From a virus, in IMG/VR virus record IMGVR_UViG_3300009181_000063, positions 7,406 through 71,405 of that record: 64,000 bases of DNA; one strand, written 5' to 3'. Under the pieces are notes generated by a model. The model had not been told where the DNA came from, did no database searches, and saw only the letters and a list, made by a program, of their open reading frames with translations. This document shows, piece after piece, positions 43,875 through 53,585 of the stretch (its first letter is position 1; each line of letters starts with the position of its first letter). Position numbers and translations under genes: made by a program.

Positions 43875-44911
43875 TACGACTCCTTCTTATCTTGAATACC
43901 AGCCGACGCCATTAAGTTCATTGCAATAGATACGTCGGTACGAATAGGGGTCATGTCTTGGCTAAAAGAGAGATGAGTTACGTTTAATGAGTTAATGTAG
44001 CCAATGTAAGACAGCGGTCCTATATCAATTCTTAACAAAGTTGCGCTTAGGTATCCGATGTCGCCAGTTTTACGACCAGTAATGTTTTTCCATCCCGGAC
44101 CGTTTACAGCGGTATAGATGTATTCAAGATCAGCAACGGTTCCAAGGTCTAACAACTCTTTTAGTTGTTTTCCTCTTTGTGCTGCTGTTTGGTTATTAAA
44201 AAACCCAGTGTTATAGTACTTCTGAACCATCTCAACTAAATTTTTATCGTCAGCCACAGGTCCTTCATAATTTCCTAAAGTGTAGCCTTTTTTAATTAAG
44301 TTTTTTAAACAAGCAAAATCGTTTGTTCGGTCCAAACGTATACTGAAGGAGATAGTCTCTCCGCTGGGAAACGCTCCAGCAACACCCACGAAACGATCGT
44401 TAACGCTTGGAGTAACGTCCGTATTCAGGGAAATAGAAGTTGTGTAGCTTTCTGGGTTCCACAAAAATTGAAAACCATAGCGTCTATCAGAGCCTTTTGT
44501 TTGAGGCTTTTCTTTTCCGTCTGCATCCACAAAGTTATTAGTTGTATTTGCGTACCACCAAATGCGACCACGTCGATAAGTTTCTGGAACCCCAACTAAG
44601 TTTGTGTCGGCTTTGTACATGTCTTCTTCAACTTGAATTGGCGTTACAGGCAGGCTCCATGTGTGCGGAGGTAGGTTCCACTTGTAGTCTAAAGTCGGCT
44701 CTGTAGAAGGTTTGTTTTTTTCATACTCAGCTTTTTCTTTAGCTTTTCTGGCTTTTTCCGCAGCAGCGGCCTTCTTTTTTGCAGCTTCTGCTTTCTTTTT
44801 CTGTGTAGCAGCTGCGGCTTTGTCGGCTTTATCTTGAGCTTTTTTAGCCGCCGCAGCCTGAGCAGGGGTTATTGCAAGGAGTGTAGAACCAACATACATA
44901 TAACCAGCCAT
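43874..44911 (-). CDS. Tail tube initiator-like protein
   Basis: FLWNPESY, GYINSLNVTH..FS.DMTPIR; follows the tape measure gene. Confidence 0.7.
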   Translation of the reverse strand: MAGYMYVGSTLLAITPAQAAAAKKAQDKADKAAAATQKKKAEAAKKKAAAAEKARKAKEKAEYEKNKPSTEPTLDYKWNLPPHTWSLPVTPIQVEEDMYKADTNLVGVPETYRRGRIWWYANTTNNFVDADGKEKPQTKGSDRRYGFQFLWNPESYTTSISLNTDVTPSVNDRFVGVAGAFPSGETISFSIRLDRTNDFACLKNLIKKGYTLGNYEGPVADDKNLVEMVQKYYNTGFFNNQTAAQRGKQLKELLDLGTVADLEYIYTAVNGPGWKNITGRKTGDIGYLSATLLRIDIGPLSYIGYINSLNVTHLSFSQDMTPIRTDVSIAMNLMASAGIQDKKES

Positions 44912-47214
44912 TATTTTGTCATCGCTTTCTCACGGATTGAACTATCACTTAGAATTCTTCGCAATTCTGATGCAATTAATTTTACATCCGTTGATCCTTC
45001 TTTTGGCATATGGAAGTTAATAGTTACTCCACCGTAATTTACTGTTTGCGCAGTGTCTTGGTGTGTAGCCCCACGACCAAATCCAGCGGCAGGTGTGTGA
45101 CCTTCTCCACCCATAGGCTGAAGAATTAAATCGCCAGCGCCTTTTTTAATAGTAAGGCTTGATTTAGCTGGTGGAACAGAGTTGTTTCCCGCTTCAGCAG
45201 CATTAGATAAATACTGCATTGGGTCTAACTTGTTTCCGCCTTTGCGTACTTCAAAGTGAAGGTGCGGTCCCATACCGGGTCCACCACCAGATTTACCACT
45301 TTGACCAATAAGTTCACCGGCTTTAACAGCCTTACCCGCAGGAGCAATCTTCTTGTCTAAGTGTCCAAAATAATTTTCAGTTCCATCTGAATTTAAAGTT
45401 TTTATAAAATTTCCAAAACCACCGCCATCATACGGGGTTCCTTCAACCACACCATCAGCAACAGCAAATACGTTTGTACCTTCAGCGGCACGAAGGTCTA
45501 CACCGCCGTGCGGCTTACCCCAAGTTGGGCTTTTTGATCCGTCATCAAAAGTAATATGTCGAACTTCATTCCATGGGCTTGTTACGGTCAATACTCCACT
45601 AAGTGGGTTTACTCTAGAAGGGTCTGCTCCATCGGAACCATCTCCTTCTTCTCCATAAGGATTAGCGAGGGATGTGACAGCGCCGGCTCCAGCACCAGCA
45701 ATTGCAGCAAAAGGATTTTTGGTTACAGCAAGAGTAGTTAACGCACCTTCACCAGTATCAAAGGCTACGTTTCCAGCAGTGCGAAGCCAATCAGGAACGT
45801 CCGCTCTATTTAATTGCTTTTGCAACCATTCCATTGACCCGTACACAGCCGCACCAGATAAAGCGCGACCGCCAAACTTCATTGCTTTGCTACCAGCGCC
45901 CTTAAAAAAGTTTCCAGCTTTACCAGCAGCGGCCTTAGCCCCACCACCTTTAAAGAAATTTTTCATTCCGTTAAACGCTTTTCCAGCAAACGCTCCAGCA
46001 CCACCAGCAAGAAGGGATGTCAGCATGCTACCGGCTCCGTTACCAGAACTGGCTACGGTGTCTGTATACCCTTTAAGTTCTAATACTTTACGAAGAGCCT
46101 CTCCCACAACACCCGCAGATCTAGCAACTTCCGCAAGTTTGTTACTTGCGGCGGCTAAGTGTTCGTTTGCTTTTTCAAATCCTTTAAGCGTTGATGGAGC
46201 AACGGCTTGAATAGCATTAAGTGACGCCGCGCTTCTATTGCTTGCTGAGGTAACAGCGCTTGTTGTTGCGCCTTGATCCTCTAGGGTTTTTTTATTCATA
46301 GGCGATCCTTTACCGCCAGTACCCGCTAAAAGCATAAGTTCAGAAATAACTGTTTGACGAAGAATAGGGTCATTACCAAAATATTGATTCATCATAGAAT
46401 CAAGGGCGTTACCGGGTTGCAAAGAGAACGAGATATCTTCTTTGCTAAGTTTACCTGCGCCAGACTTTTGAGTGTTTAATACTTTCCATAGATCTTTAGC
46501 TATGTCTTGGAATTGACGCATCATGCCATCAGCGCCACGCACATTGACGCCAATCATTTTAAGCATGTTTACATTTTTACCTTGGTTAAGCGCACCCATT
46601 GCTTGCATACCGCCTTGGAGACCAACACCAGGCATAAGGTTAGAAATTGATGCTGCACTACTTGCAATAGAACTAAAGTTTTTAAGTCCGGGCATTAAGC
46701 CCATGCTTGCGCCAGTCATAGAGGCGCGAGCGGCATCCATAGGGTCAGTAGTTGTACCCTGACGGGCCATACTTAACTGGGTTGCGTTAGCGTTTTTTCC
46801 GCCGTAGAAACCAAAGCGTGAACGTAGCAAGTCTTGTTCAAACGACTGCTCAACTGTAGGAAGACTTTGTAGACCAATAGCTCCAAGTTTTAAAGCGTTT
46901 CTTCCTAGGAATCCCATAACACGTGAAGCCGTGCTTGGACCACCGCCTCCACCACCCGTGCCATTAGAGGTATCGGTGTCTTTAGTTCCAGTAGAGTCAC
47001 TAAAACTTGATCCTAGGAGATTGTTTCCTCCACCAGAACCGGGTCTTGCATTCTTAAGGTTTTTGGAAATTTCCTCAGACAGGCGTTTAGTTTTTTCAAG
47101 TTCAGCATTAAGGGTTTTAAAAGCGGTCGTTAAATCAGCGACTAATTCAGTTTTACGACTGAATATGCCGCCTCCGCCAACACCCATTGCTGAGCTAGTG
47201 TTTTTACCCGCCAT
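44911..47214 (-). CDS. Tape measure protein with M23 peptidase domain
   Basis: Ala/Gly-rich helical body; HGGVDL, FGHL, GPHLHFEV. Confidence 0.88.
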   Translation of the reverse strand: MAGKNTSSAMGVGGGGIFSRKTELVADLTTAFKTLNAELEKTKRLSEEISKNLKNARPGSGGGNNLLGSSFSDSTGTKDTDTSNGTGGGGGGPSTASRVMGFLGRNALKLGAIGLQSLPTVEQSFEQDLLRSRFGFYGGKNANATQLSMARQGTTTDPMDAARASMTGASMGLMPGLKNFSSIASSAASISNLMPGVGLQGGMQAMGALNQGKNVNMLKMIGVNVRGADGMMRQFQDIAKDLWKVLNTQKSGAGKLSKEDISFSLQPGNALDSMMNQYFGNDPILRQTVISELMLLAGTGGKGSPMNKKTLEDQGATTSAVTSASNRSAASLNAIQAVAPSTLKGFEKANEHLAAASNKLAEVARSAGVVGEALRKVLELKGYTDTVASSGNGAGSMLTSLLAGGAGAFAGKAFNGMKNFFKGGGAKAAAGKAGNFFKGAGSKAMKFGGRALSGAAVYGSMEWLQKQLNRADVPDWLRTAGNVAFDTGEGALTTLAVTKNPFAAIAGAGAGAVTSLANPYGEEGDGSDGADPSRVNPLSGVLTVTSPWNEVRHITFDDGSKSPTWGKPHGGVDLRAAEGTNVFAVADGVVEGTPYDGGGFGNFIKTLNSDGTENYFGHLDKKIAPAGKAVKAGELIGQSGKSGGGPGMGPHLHFEVRKGGNKLDPMQYLSNAAEAGNNSVPPAKSSLTIKKGAGDLILQPMGGEGHTPAAGFGRGATHQDTAQTVNYGGVTINFHMPKEGSTDVKLIASELRRILSDSSIREKAMTK

Positions 47215-47216
47215 TG

Positions 47217-47366
47217 TTAACCCCTACGTCTGGATCGGTCAATCCAATTTTTGCGTTCTCTAAAGGACAGTGATCGGATATCCGTCAAAGTCCATCCAGT
47301 AAAGTGCCGAGTTAGTAGTTCAAATTGGTCCAGTAAATTTACGTAGTCTTCGTCTTTATACTCGAA
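47217..47366 (-). CDS. Start-less ORF, probable +1 frameshift extension of the tail assembly chaperone
   Basis: FEYKDEDYVNLLDQFELLTRHFTGWTLTDIRSLSFRERKNWIDRSRRRG; entered at TTT-CGA (47362-47367). Confidence 0.7.
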   Translation of the reverse strand, partial: FEYKDEDYVNLLDQFELLTRHFTGWTLTDIRSLSFRERKNWIDRSRRRG

Positions 47367-48153
47367 ACAATGCAGCTAAGGTCAGTGGCATAGGAATATC
47401 CTCACCACATGCCTCGCATACCTTCTTCACCTCCCCAAGGCGTGGGCCTGGGTTACGGTCTAGAATTTGCTGTACGAGTACTTCACGATCTTTCCAACTA
47501 AGTCTTAAAACATCAGTAGCGCCAATTGAAGGACTTCCATTGATAGATGCTACGCACCCAGACAATAGAATTGTATTCAATTCTGCTGCACTTTTTTCGG
47601 AATTCTCAAGCAGTCTGCGCTGAACGCTTCCTGTAGGAAGACCAACTTTTACAATTCCCAGCTTTGATTCATAATCCCACATTCGATCTTCCATTGGATC
47701 AGTAAGTTCCTTAATTGGAATATCTTTAGTTAGATCTAAAACCAGAGCTTGCTCAGCGTCACAGGTAGGACATGCCCCGTTGAATTCAATTTCATTTCCA
47801 AATGTTGCTATGCGCACTCCAATTAGGATTGCATCACGGTCTCCAGATAGAAGGGTGTCTAAATCTTCTTTAGACGCTGAATCCATACCTAGGCTTACCA
47901 AACCACGCTGAAGCATGGTGTTCAACGCACGACCCGTATTACCAGATCGAGCAATTGCTTCTTCATCTGCGCCGTTAAGTTCACGGACTTCCGCGTACTT
48001 AACTAAGGCACCCTCCCGGTTCATAAATCCTCCGGGAAGGGCGACCTCAGTGTCAGAAGGCGCCTTAGTAACAACTGCTACTTTAGGCGTTTCTTCAAAT
48101 TGAGCTGCGGCTTTTGCTAGAAGTTGTGGATCTGAGCTTATTGACTCGTTCAC
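47356..48153 (-). CDS. Tail assembly chaperone (T4 gp26-like, CxxC pairs)
   Basis: VRELNGADEE, GDRD.IL..VRIATFG, CPTC, CEACG; between tube and TMP. Confidence 0.8.
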   Translation of the reverse strand: MNESISSDPQLLAKAAAQFEETPKVAVVTKAPSDTEVALPGGFMNREGALVKYAEVRELNGADEEAIARSGNTGRALNTMLQRGLVSLGMDSASKEDLDTLLSGDRDAILIGVRIATFGNEIEFNGACPTCDAEQALVLDLTKDIPIKELTDPMEDRMWDYESKLGIVKVGLPTGSVQRRLLENSEKSAAELNTILLSGCVASINGSPSIGATDVLRLSWKDREVLVQQILDRNPGPRLGEVKKVCEACGEDIPMPLTLAALFRV

Positions 48154-48178
48154 GATTTGTTCTCCTTATTAGTTTAGA

Positions 48179-48781
48179 TTAAGCGGTGCGAGTGTAATCA
48201 GTACCGGTAAAGAATACTGAAAGTCCTTCATGTACAAGACCAATGGTCTCTACCATGAGGTTATTTCCGCCTGCATCTAGGTCAGAATAGTTCAAAGTTG
48301 AAATCCATGCGTTGTGCACGTGGAATCCCATCTTTGGAACATTTGCCCCACCTTCACCAGTAGTTGTAGCAGTTGCGTTGCTTGCTGCTGGGTGATCCAT
48401 GACGTAGATTTTAAGGTCGCAACGGAAATCATTATCGCCTAAGGCAATACCATCTCCTGCTGCTGCTGCGAATAGGTGTCGCATCCATTTCATACCCTGA
48501 TCGTTTCCAACGATAACTCCACGGTTAAGTGTTATTGGGTTAAATGTTGTCATGCCAGGTACTTGGTGAATTGTGGTGTTGTAACCACCTTCACGGTACG
48601 CGATTGACTGTGTGTTGATTCCAAGACCAGAGACTTGTGTAAACCCGCCCTTAAAACCAGTGATTGTGCTGCTCACCTTGCTTCCTTGCTGAGGCGCAAG
48701 GAATTCAACTGTGTATCGAAACGAACGAAGTGGGTCGGTCGCTACGCTAGAAAAGCGATTGATTACGCTATCGGTTGCCAT
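48179..48781 (-). CDS. Tail tube protein (gp19-like)
   Basis: DPLRSFRY, GFTQVSGL, YREGG, PG......ITLNRG, LVHEG. Confidence 0.92.
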   Translation of the reverse strand: MATDSVINRFSSVATDPLRSFRYTVEFLAPQQGSKVSSTITGFKGGFTQVSGLGINTQSIAYREGGYNTTIHQVPGMTTFNPITLNRGVIVGNDQGMKWMRHLFAAAAGDGIALGDNDFRCDLKIYVMDHPAASNATATTTGEGGANVPKMGFHVHNAWISTLNYSDLDAGGNNLMVETIGLVHEGLSVFFTGTDYTRTA

Positions 48782-48796
48782 TTTTATATGTCTCCT

Positions 48797-50287
48797 TTAC
48801 GCCACAGTAACGGTGGTGCCACCGTCAAACTGTCCGATTTTGATGATTACGAACTCGGCTGGGCGCTGTAAAGCAACACCAACTTCGATGTTTACTTGAC
48901 CACCGTCAATTGCAGACTGTGGATTAGTTTCAGCGTCGCACTTTACATAGAAAGCTTGACTTGGAACAGCTCCGCGAAGACCGCCTTGACGCCAGAAGTT
49001 ATTTAAGAACCCTTCAAGGGATGCAGTGATTGAGCGCCACAATTTTTCGTCGTTTGGCTCAAAGATTGCAAACTGACTTAGGTCTGACATTGATTTACGT
49101 AAGTAAATAAGTGTACGACGTACAGGTACATAACGATCTACGTATGTTCCCTGAAGTGTGCGTGAACCCATAACTACAATTCCAGAACCTGGAACAAACT
49201 TAATAGCGTTTACTGCAGCAGTGTTGCTGTTTAGCGAATCAAGTTCAGAGTTAGTTAAAGTTGCAACAGAAATAGCGCCTCCGACACGAGTCTGAAGACC
49301 CGCTGGAGCCTTAAACACACCGCGTGATGCGTCTGTGCTTAGGTAAAGACCAACGACCGCTCCACCGGGGCTAACAGATACTGTTACTCCTTGTGTGTTA
49401 GTTGTTGGGTCTTTAATTACGATTTCTGGGAAGTATACAGCGCCGTATGAAGTTGCTGTATAAGAATTAGCACGAGTAATTTGATTTGCCGCAGTTCCAG
49501 CTATTGGATCAATAACAACAAATACGTCGCCACGAGCTGCCGCATAAGCTGTAAGAAGGTTTACAGAAGTTGCGTCATTAATTCCTGGTGCATTTAGAAC
49601 TAGTGAATTAATTACAGTATCAAAAGATGATACGGCTCCAGCAACAGCTGAATCTGCTGGAAGAGTTCCATCTGTACCGCTGATTAGATAAGCATTTGTA
49701 GTTATTACTGGAATACGAAGAGCTCCTGTTGTTGCAGAATTCTCATCAATTAGTTTAATATACTTAGACTGTGAGTTAACTAAAGTTACAGCGTAACGAT
49801 CGTCTACCGCAGTCATTGTAAGGTCGGTGTAACGCTCAACAATATTAGTTGAAGCAACACCGTTGTAAAAAACTGTAAGATCAAATGCACCAGCAGTTGT
49901 AGCTGCTGAAACACTAACGTTTACAAGACTGCCCCAAGAACCTACGTTTGCTGAATTAATTGTAAGCGTGTTTAAAGGTGTTCCCGCTCGATCTTTAAGT
50001 GTACGAGTAGAGATGTCAGATCCACTACCGGGTACACGTTTAATATAAGCTTGGCTTCCGCCATTTGAAAAAAACAACAAAAGCGCTGTGTGCATTTTTG
50101 TGTTTGTTGTCCACCCACCGTAAAGGCTGACATATTGGCTCCAGGATGTGACCAGAGTTGGAGTGATAGGACCACGATCCGTATAGCCAATAAAGGCAGC
50201 AATTGACTGCGATGTGGTGCTTTGTACTGGTGCGGATAAGTTGAGGGATTCCTCAACAAACACACCGGGACGAAGGTATGCAGGCAT
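48797..50287 (-). CDS. Tail sheath protein
   Basis: YLRPGVFVEE, GVFKAPAG, YVPVRR, FEPND..LW, PAEFVII. Confidence 0.95.
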   Translation of the reverse strand: MPAYLRPGVFVEESLNLSAPVQSTTSQSIAAFIGYTDRGPITPTLVTSWSQYVSLYGGWTTNTKMHTALLLFFSNGGSQAYIKRVPGSGSDISTRTLKDRAGTPLNTLTINSANVGSWGSLVNVSVSAATTAGAFDLTVFYNGVASTNIVERYTDLTMTAVDDRYAVTLVNSQSKYIKLIDENSATTGALRIPVITTNAYLISGTDGTLPADSAVAGAVSSFDTVINSLVLNAPGINDATSVNLLTAYAAARGDVFVVIDPIAGTAANQITRANSYTATSYGAVYFPEIVIKDPTTNTQGVTVSVSPGGAVVGLYLSTDASRGVFKAPAGLQTRVGGAISVATLTNSELDSLNSNTAAVNAIKFVPGSGIVVMGSRTLQGTYVDRYVPVRRTLIYLRKSMSDLSQFAIFEPNDEKLWRSITASLEGFLNNFWRQGGLRGAVPSQAFYVKCDAETNPQSAIDGGQVNIEVGVALQRPAEFVIIKIGQFDGGTTVTVA

Positions 50288-50325
50288 TATTTATCTCCTT
50301 TGAGAGTTTCTAGTTTGACCATGTG

Positions 50326-50952
50326 TTAGACCGATCTTAAGCCCGAAGGGATGTTCGTTGGTTCTGTTTCGAGATTTACTATTTCAACTTGTGGAGTTGC
50401 TACATCTGGCACCAACGGTGTCATTTCACTAACCACTCTGATACTAAAGACGTTTCTAAAGAGACGTCTTCCATCCTCGATGGAGTCGCGTTTTACGAAC
50501 CCCTCAAGAAACATATGTCTTGCTACCGTACCTACCCCGTTACCCTGTGGCACCATTAAGTGCCCGTACTTACCGGGTATCTTTTCATTTAACATTGAAA
50601 GCATAATTCCACGATCATGTCGTGGGTGTCGTGAGTATGAGCTCACTTGGTAGTACAAATCGTACACAACTGGGGCATAGTATGAATAAGTGCTTTCAGC
50701 AGCAACTGGTTGCGTTCCTCTGTTGGTATTGTCCATCCAAATTCCGCTGCTTTGGCGATCGCTAGCAGGTTGAATATCGTACAAATCAATAACTAGGTAT
50801 GGGTACTCTTGTGCTCGAAGTTCTACGTCTGGATAGCCAAACCACACTTTAACTTGTCGGGTGCTTTGTTTTAAATCCGAAACAGTGATGCCTTGAAGGT
50901 GTTCTTTTAAGGCTTTATCTTCAGCAAATAAGAATGCGTCATCTAGGCTCAT
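50326..50952 (-). CDS. Tail terminator-like protein
   Basis: YPYLVIDLYDI, LYYQVSSY; upstream of the sheath gene. Confidence 0.65.
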   Translation of the reverse strand: MSLDDAFLFAEDKALKEHLQGITVSDLKQSTRQVKVWFGYPDVELRAQEYPYLVIDLYDIQPASDRQSSGIWMDNTNRGTQPVAAESTYSYYAPVVYDLYYQVSSYSRHPRHDRGIMLSMLNEKIPGKYGHLMVPQGNGVGTVARHMFLEGFVKRDSIEDGRRLFRNVFSIRVVSEMTPLVPDVATPQVEIVNLETEPTNIPSGLRSV

Positions 50953-51263
50953 GGGAGTATTCCTTGTGAGAAAAGATAATCAAGCGCTTCTGCGCCTATA
51001 GCGTTTTTAATGGCTGGCTCAGCCTTGACCATAAAAGGGCGAATTACAGAGTTAGGGCTTACACTTTCATGCCCATACTCTGAGTTAAAAATATTTGTTT
51101 CATCAGCTTCAAGGTAGGAAAGCGTTATTGTTCCACGCTTAGCGTCTACAGATACTGTTGCATCCCAACTAGCATTTTTAGCAGCCTGTTGAAGTTCATC
51201 ATCAAGATCTCTGGCTATATGGCCAGCAACAATAGGAGCGCGGTCTTGGAAATTACCGGTCAC
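50949..51263 (-). CDS. Neck/tail-completion-like protein
   Basis: EYG.....P..VIRPF motif. Confidence 0.55.
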   Translation of the reverse strand: MTGNFQDRAPIVAGHIARDLDDELQQAAKNASWDATVSVDAKRGTITLSYLEADETNIFNSEYGHESVSPNSVIRPFMVKAEPAIKNAIGAEALDYLFSQGILP

Positions 51264-51427
51264 TTCTTCTTCTTCTTTTTCTTTGCCTTTTTAAGACCGT
51301 ACATATACCCAAGTCCTACAGCCGCTAAAGATATTGCTGATTCTTTTGCGCCAGGAGCATTGCCTGTTATGCCACGATAGAAGTCGACCTCAGTAGGGCC
51401 GTCTAACCATGAAGGTTTATCTGACAT
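51260..51427 (-). CDS. Small protein with poly-Lys tail (55 aa)
   Basis: MSDKPSWLDGPTEVDFY...GLKKAKKKKKK, GGAG SD. Confidence 0.55.
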   Translation of the reverse strand: MSDKPSWLDGPTEVDFYRGITGNAPGAKESAISLAAVGLGYMYGLKKAKKKKKKK

Positions 51428-51509
51428 GTCAGTCTCCAATCGGAGTCGCAGGTATACGTACGCAAAAGGTAAAGAAACCCCCGCATGGGAGTTAAAACCA
51501 ATGGTAAAT

Positions 51510-51533
51510 GAAAAAGCCCCCTTGCGGGGGCTA
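51510..51533 (-). terminator. Intrinsic terminator
   Basis: AGCCCCC-GCAA-GGGGGCT-TTTT on the - strand. Confidence 0.75.
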
Positions 51534-51538
51534 AGTCA

Positions 51539-51757
51539 TCAGTCCTTATCGGACTTCTTAATTTTCTTTATAATCTTGGAATCAATCTTCTTATCTTCCG
51601 CCATGGTCTTAGGCTTTTTCTTGGCTCCGTGGGCTTTGTCGGCTTTCTCAAACTTAGCCTTTTCGTCCTTGTCAAAACCAGCTTTCTTAAGCATCTTAGA
51701 GTCCTTCTTCTTGTCTTTAGACTCTGTGTACTTGCCTTTCTCAAACGCCTTAGCCAT
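51539..51757 (-). CDS. Lys/Asp-rich small protein
   Basis: 72-aa highly charged ORF. Confidence 0.65.
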   Translation of the reverse strand: MAKAFEKGKYTESKDKKKDSKMLKKAGFDKDEKAKFEKADKAHGAKKKPKTMAEDKKIDSKIIKKIKKSDKD

Positions 51758-51846
51758 TATTCGTCCCTTTTTCCGCAGTTACAGTTGCCGCATTTGCAGC
51801 CTTCTTCTTGTTTCTCTGAACTAATCTTTACTTCTTGAATTGTCAT
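51757..51846 (-). CDS. Cys-cluster micropeptide (29 aa)
   Basis: MTIQEVKISSEKQEEGCKCGNCNCGKRDE, TAATG-coupled on both sides. Confidence 0.5.
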   Translation of the reverse strand: MTIQEVKISSEKQEEGCKCGNCNCGKRDE

Positions 51847-52388
51847 TAGATAGTTCCATTCGCGTATTGTTGGAATTGTGCGTCGTTTATAAGTTCGTCG
51901 TGCATGACTTGAATCATTCGAATTGTAACCAGAGTACCACGGTCGTCCAAGTAGCCATCTGGCTGTACGTGGTACGGGCGGTAAACCTGCTCTTTCCAGA
52001 CAGCTCGGTATCGGTTTGCTTCTGAAATTTTTGCTTTATACGCTCCGCGAGACTCAAATAGTTCTGGGCTAACTTCGATTAAATCATCAATATTGACAGT
52101 GAAGGTAAGCATGTCGGCATTGTAAAAGCCTCGCTCGCTAGATTGAACGTTTCCTTGCAACCAGTTAGCGCTAAGTACGTGAATTTCCTTAGGTCCAATC
52201 CAAACACGACCGCCAACTGTAGAGTCCACGTCGTATACGGGATCCATGGTTGAAGCAGCTTTATTAAAAGACCACCACTCGGCAAAAGTTCCTACTGGGT
52301 TTGTAAGATCCGAGGTGATTCCATCGCCAATAGCGTTAAGCTCAAATTCAGTGGTAAAACGACCACCAGGTGTATAGGCTCTCATCAT
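51846..52388 (-). CDS. Probable head-closure/neck protein
   Basis: DPVYD...GGR, ERGFYNAD; position upstream of neck genes. Confidence 0.6.
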   Translation of the reverse strand: MMRAYTPGGRFTTEFELNAIGDGITSDLTNPVGTFAEWWSFNKAASTMDPVYDVDSTVGGRVWIGPKEIHVLSANWLQGNVQSSERGFYNADMLTFTVNIDDLIEVSPELFESRGAYKAKISEANRYRAVWKEQVYRPYHVQPDGYLDDRGTLVTIRMIQVMHDELINDAQFQQYANGTI

Positions 52389-52393
52389 TCCCC

Positions 52394-53443
52394 TTAAGCT
52401 TTATAGAACATAAGGTTACGCTGCAATCGTTCATCTGTCGGGTTTAGTTCAACGGCTTTCATACCGTATTCCAACGCCTCAGGGGTTTTTCCTAAGTTAT
52501 ACGCAGCAATAGCCGCGTAGTCGTATGGAGCATAACTCCAAGCATATTCCTCACAGAGATACTCTAAAGGTTTTTCAACTATATCTAAAGCCTTTTCAGC
52601 AGAGTCTAAGCACGCAAGCCAAGATTGAGTCGAGTAGTAAAGGGCGGCAAGGTCTACATAAGCCTCGCGGCGGTCGGGAGATTCATTAACAGCTTTTCTA
52701 AGCCATTCTTCCCGCACCTGTAGGTCATCATCCATCTTAGATATAAATCGCATAGATGCTGCTCTTTCAGGTCTCCACGTAGCCCTAGGAAGACTTAAAT
52801 GCCTTTTAAACTCTTCCGTAGACTTTTGGTACTCACCGTAGAAATACAATTCTCTAGCGTAGTAAAAGGCGTTACGGTCATCGTATGGATCTTCTTCTAC
52901 TGACTGAGCTAATAAAGGCATGTATTGAGACCTAGGTTTTGAGTTGTCTGGGTGATGGTGGATTTCAAGTTCAGTCCAGTTTTCTATTTGAGTAATGCGA
53001 TCCGTAATCATTACTTCGTGCACTGGGTGCTTCCAACGGTATCCGTGACGAGAGTGAATCTTGTCCCCACTATATTGAAGCCCAGGTTTTCCATCATCAG
53101 TCCAGTTCCACGTGTACTTGTACCGCGGTCTAGTTGTTTGTGTTGGTACAGCCTCTAGCCGTTCACGCCAGCCAGTTATTAAAACTTCGTCAAGATCTAG
53201 AGCAATGCAGTAATCAACATCGTTAGGAACAACAGCGAGACTAGCATTACGAGCATCATCAAACCTCCACGGTTTGATTGAAATTTCAACTACATTTATC
53301 CCAAGACTTTTAGCAAGGGCAACAGTCCCATCAGTAGAACCAGTGTCAGCAATAAGTAAGTAGTCAGCTTCTTTAGCCGACTCGTACCAGCGCTCAACAA
53401 ACTGTTCTTCATTTAAAGCAATCGTGTATACGGCTATTTTCAT
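52394..53443 (-). CDS. GT2 glycosyltransferase with TPR repeats
   Basis: IALNEE, DTGSTDGT, FDDARN, LDLDE, VHE, C-terminal TPR-like helices. Confidence 0.9.
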   Translation of the reverse strand: MKIAVYTIALNEEQFVERWYESAKEADYLLIADTGSTDGTVALAKSLGINVVEISIKPWRFDDARNASLAVVPNDVDYCIALDLDEVLITGWRERLEAVPTQTTRPRYKYTWNWTDDGKPGLQYSGDKIHSRHGYRWKHPVHEVMITDRITQIENWTELEIHHHPDNSKPRSQYMPLLAQSVEEDPYDDRNAFYYARELYFYGEYQKSTEEFKRHLSLPRATWRPERAASMRFISKMDDDLQVREEWLRKAVNESPDRREAYVDLAALYYSTQSWLACLDSAEKALDIVEKPLEYLCEEYAWSYAPYDYAAIAAYNLGKTPEALEYGMKAVELNPTDERLQRNLMFYKA

Positions 53444-53453
53444 AGCGCATAGT

Positions 53454-53585
53454 CTACTCAGTTTCTGCGGGAGCGACTAAGTCGTACCCGATTACTTCTC
53501 CAGTATCTGCGTTCTTTACCTCAAACTTTTCAAAACCAGAGGCTTCTACCCCAAGGCTTGTTTTAGTTACGTTAATAGCTGTCAT
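53454..53585 (-). CDS. Small hypothetical protein (43 aa)
   Basis: [35 protein letters not shown]..., ATGA-coupled to the fibre gene. Confidence 0.55.
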   Translation of the reverse strand: MTAINVTKTSLGVEASGFEKFEVKNADTGEVIGYDLVAPAETE

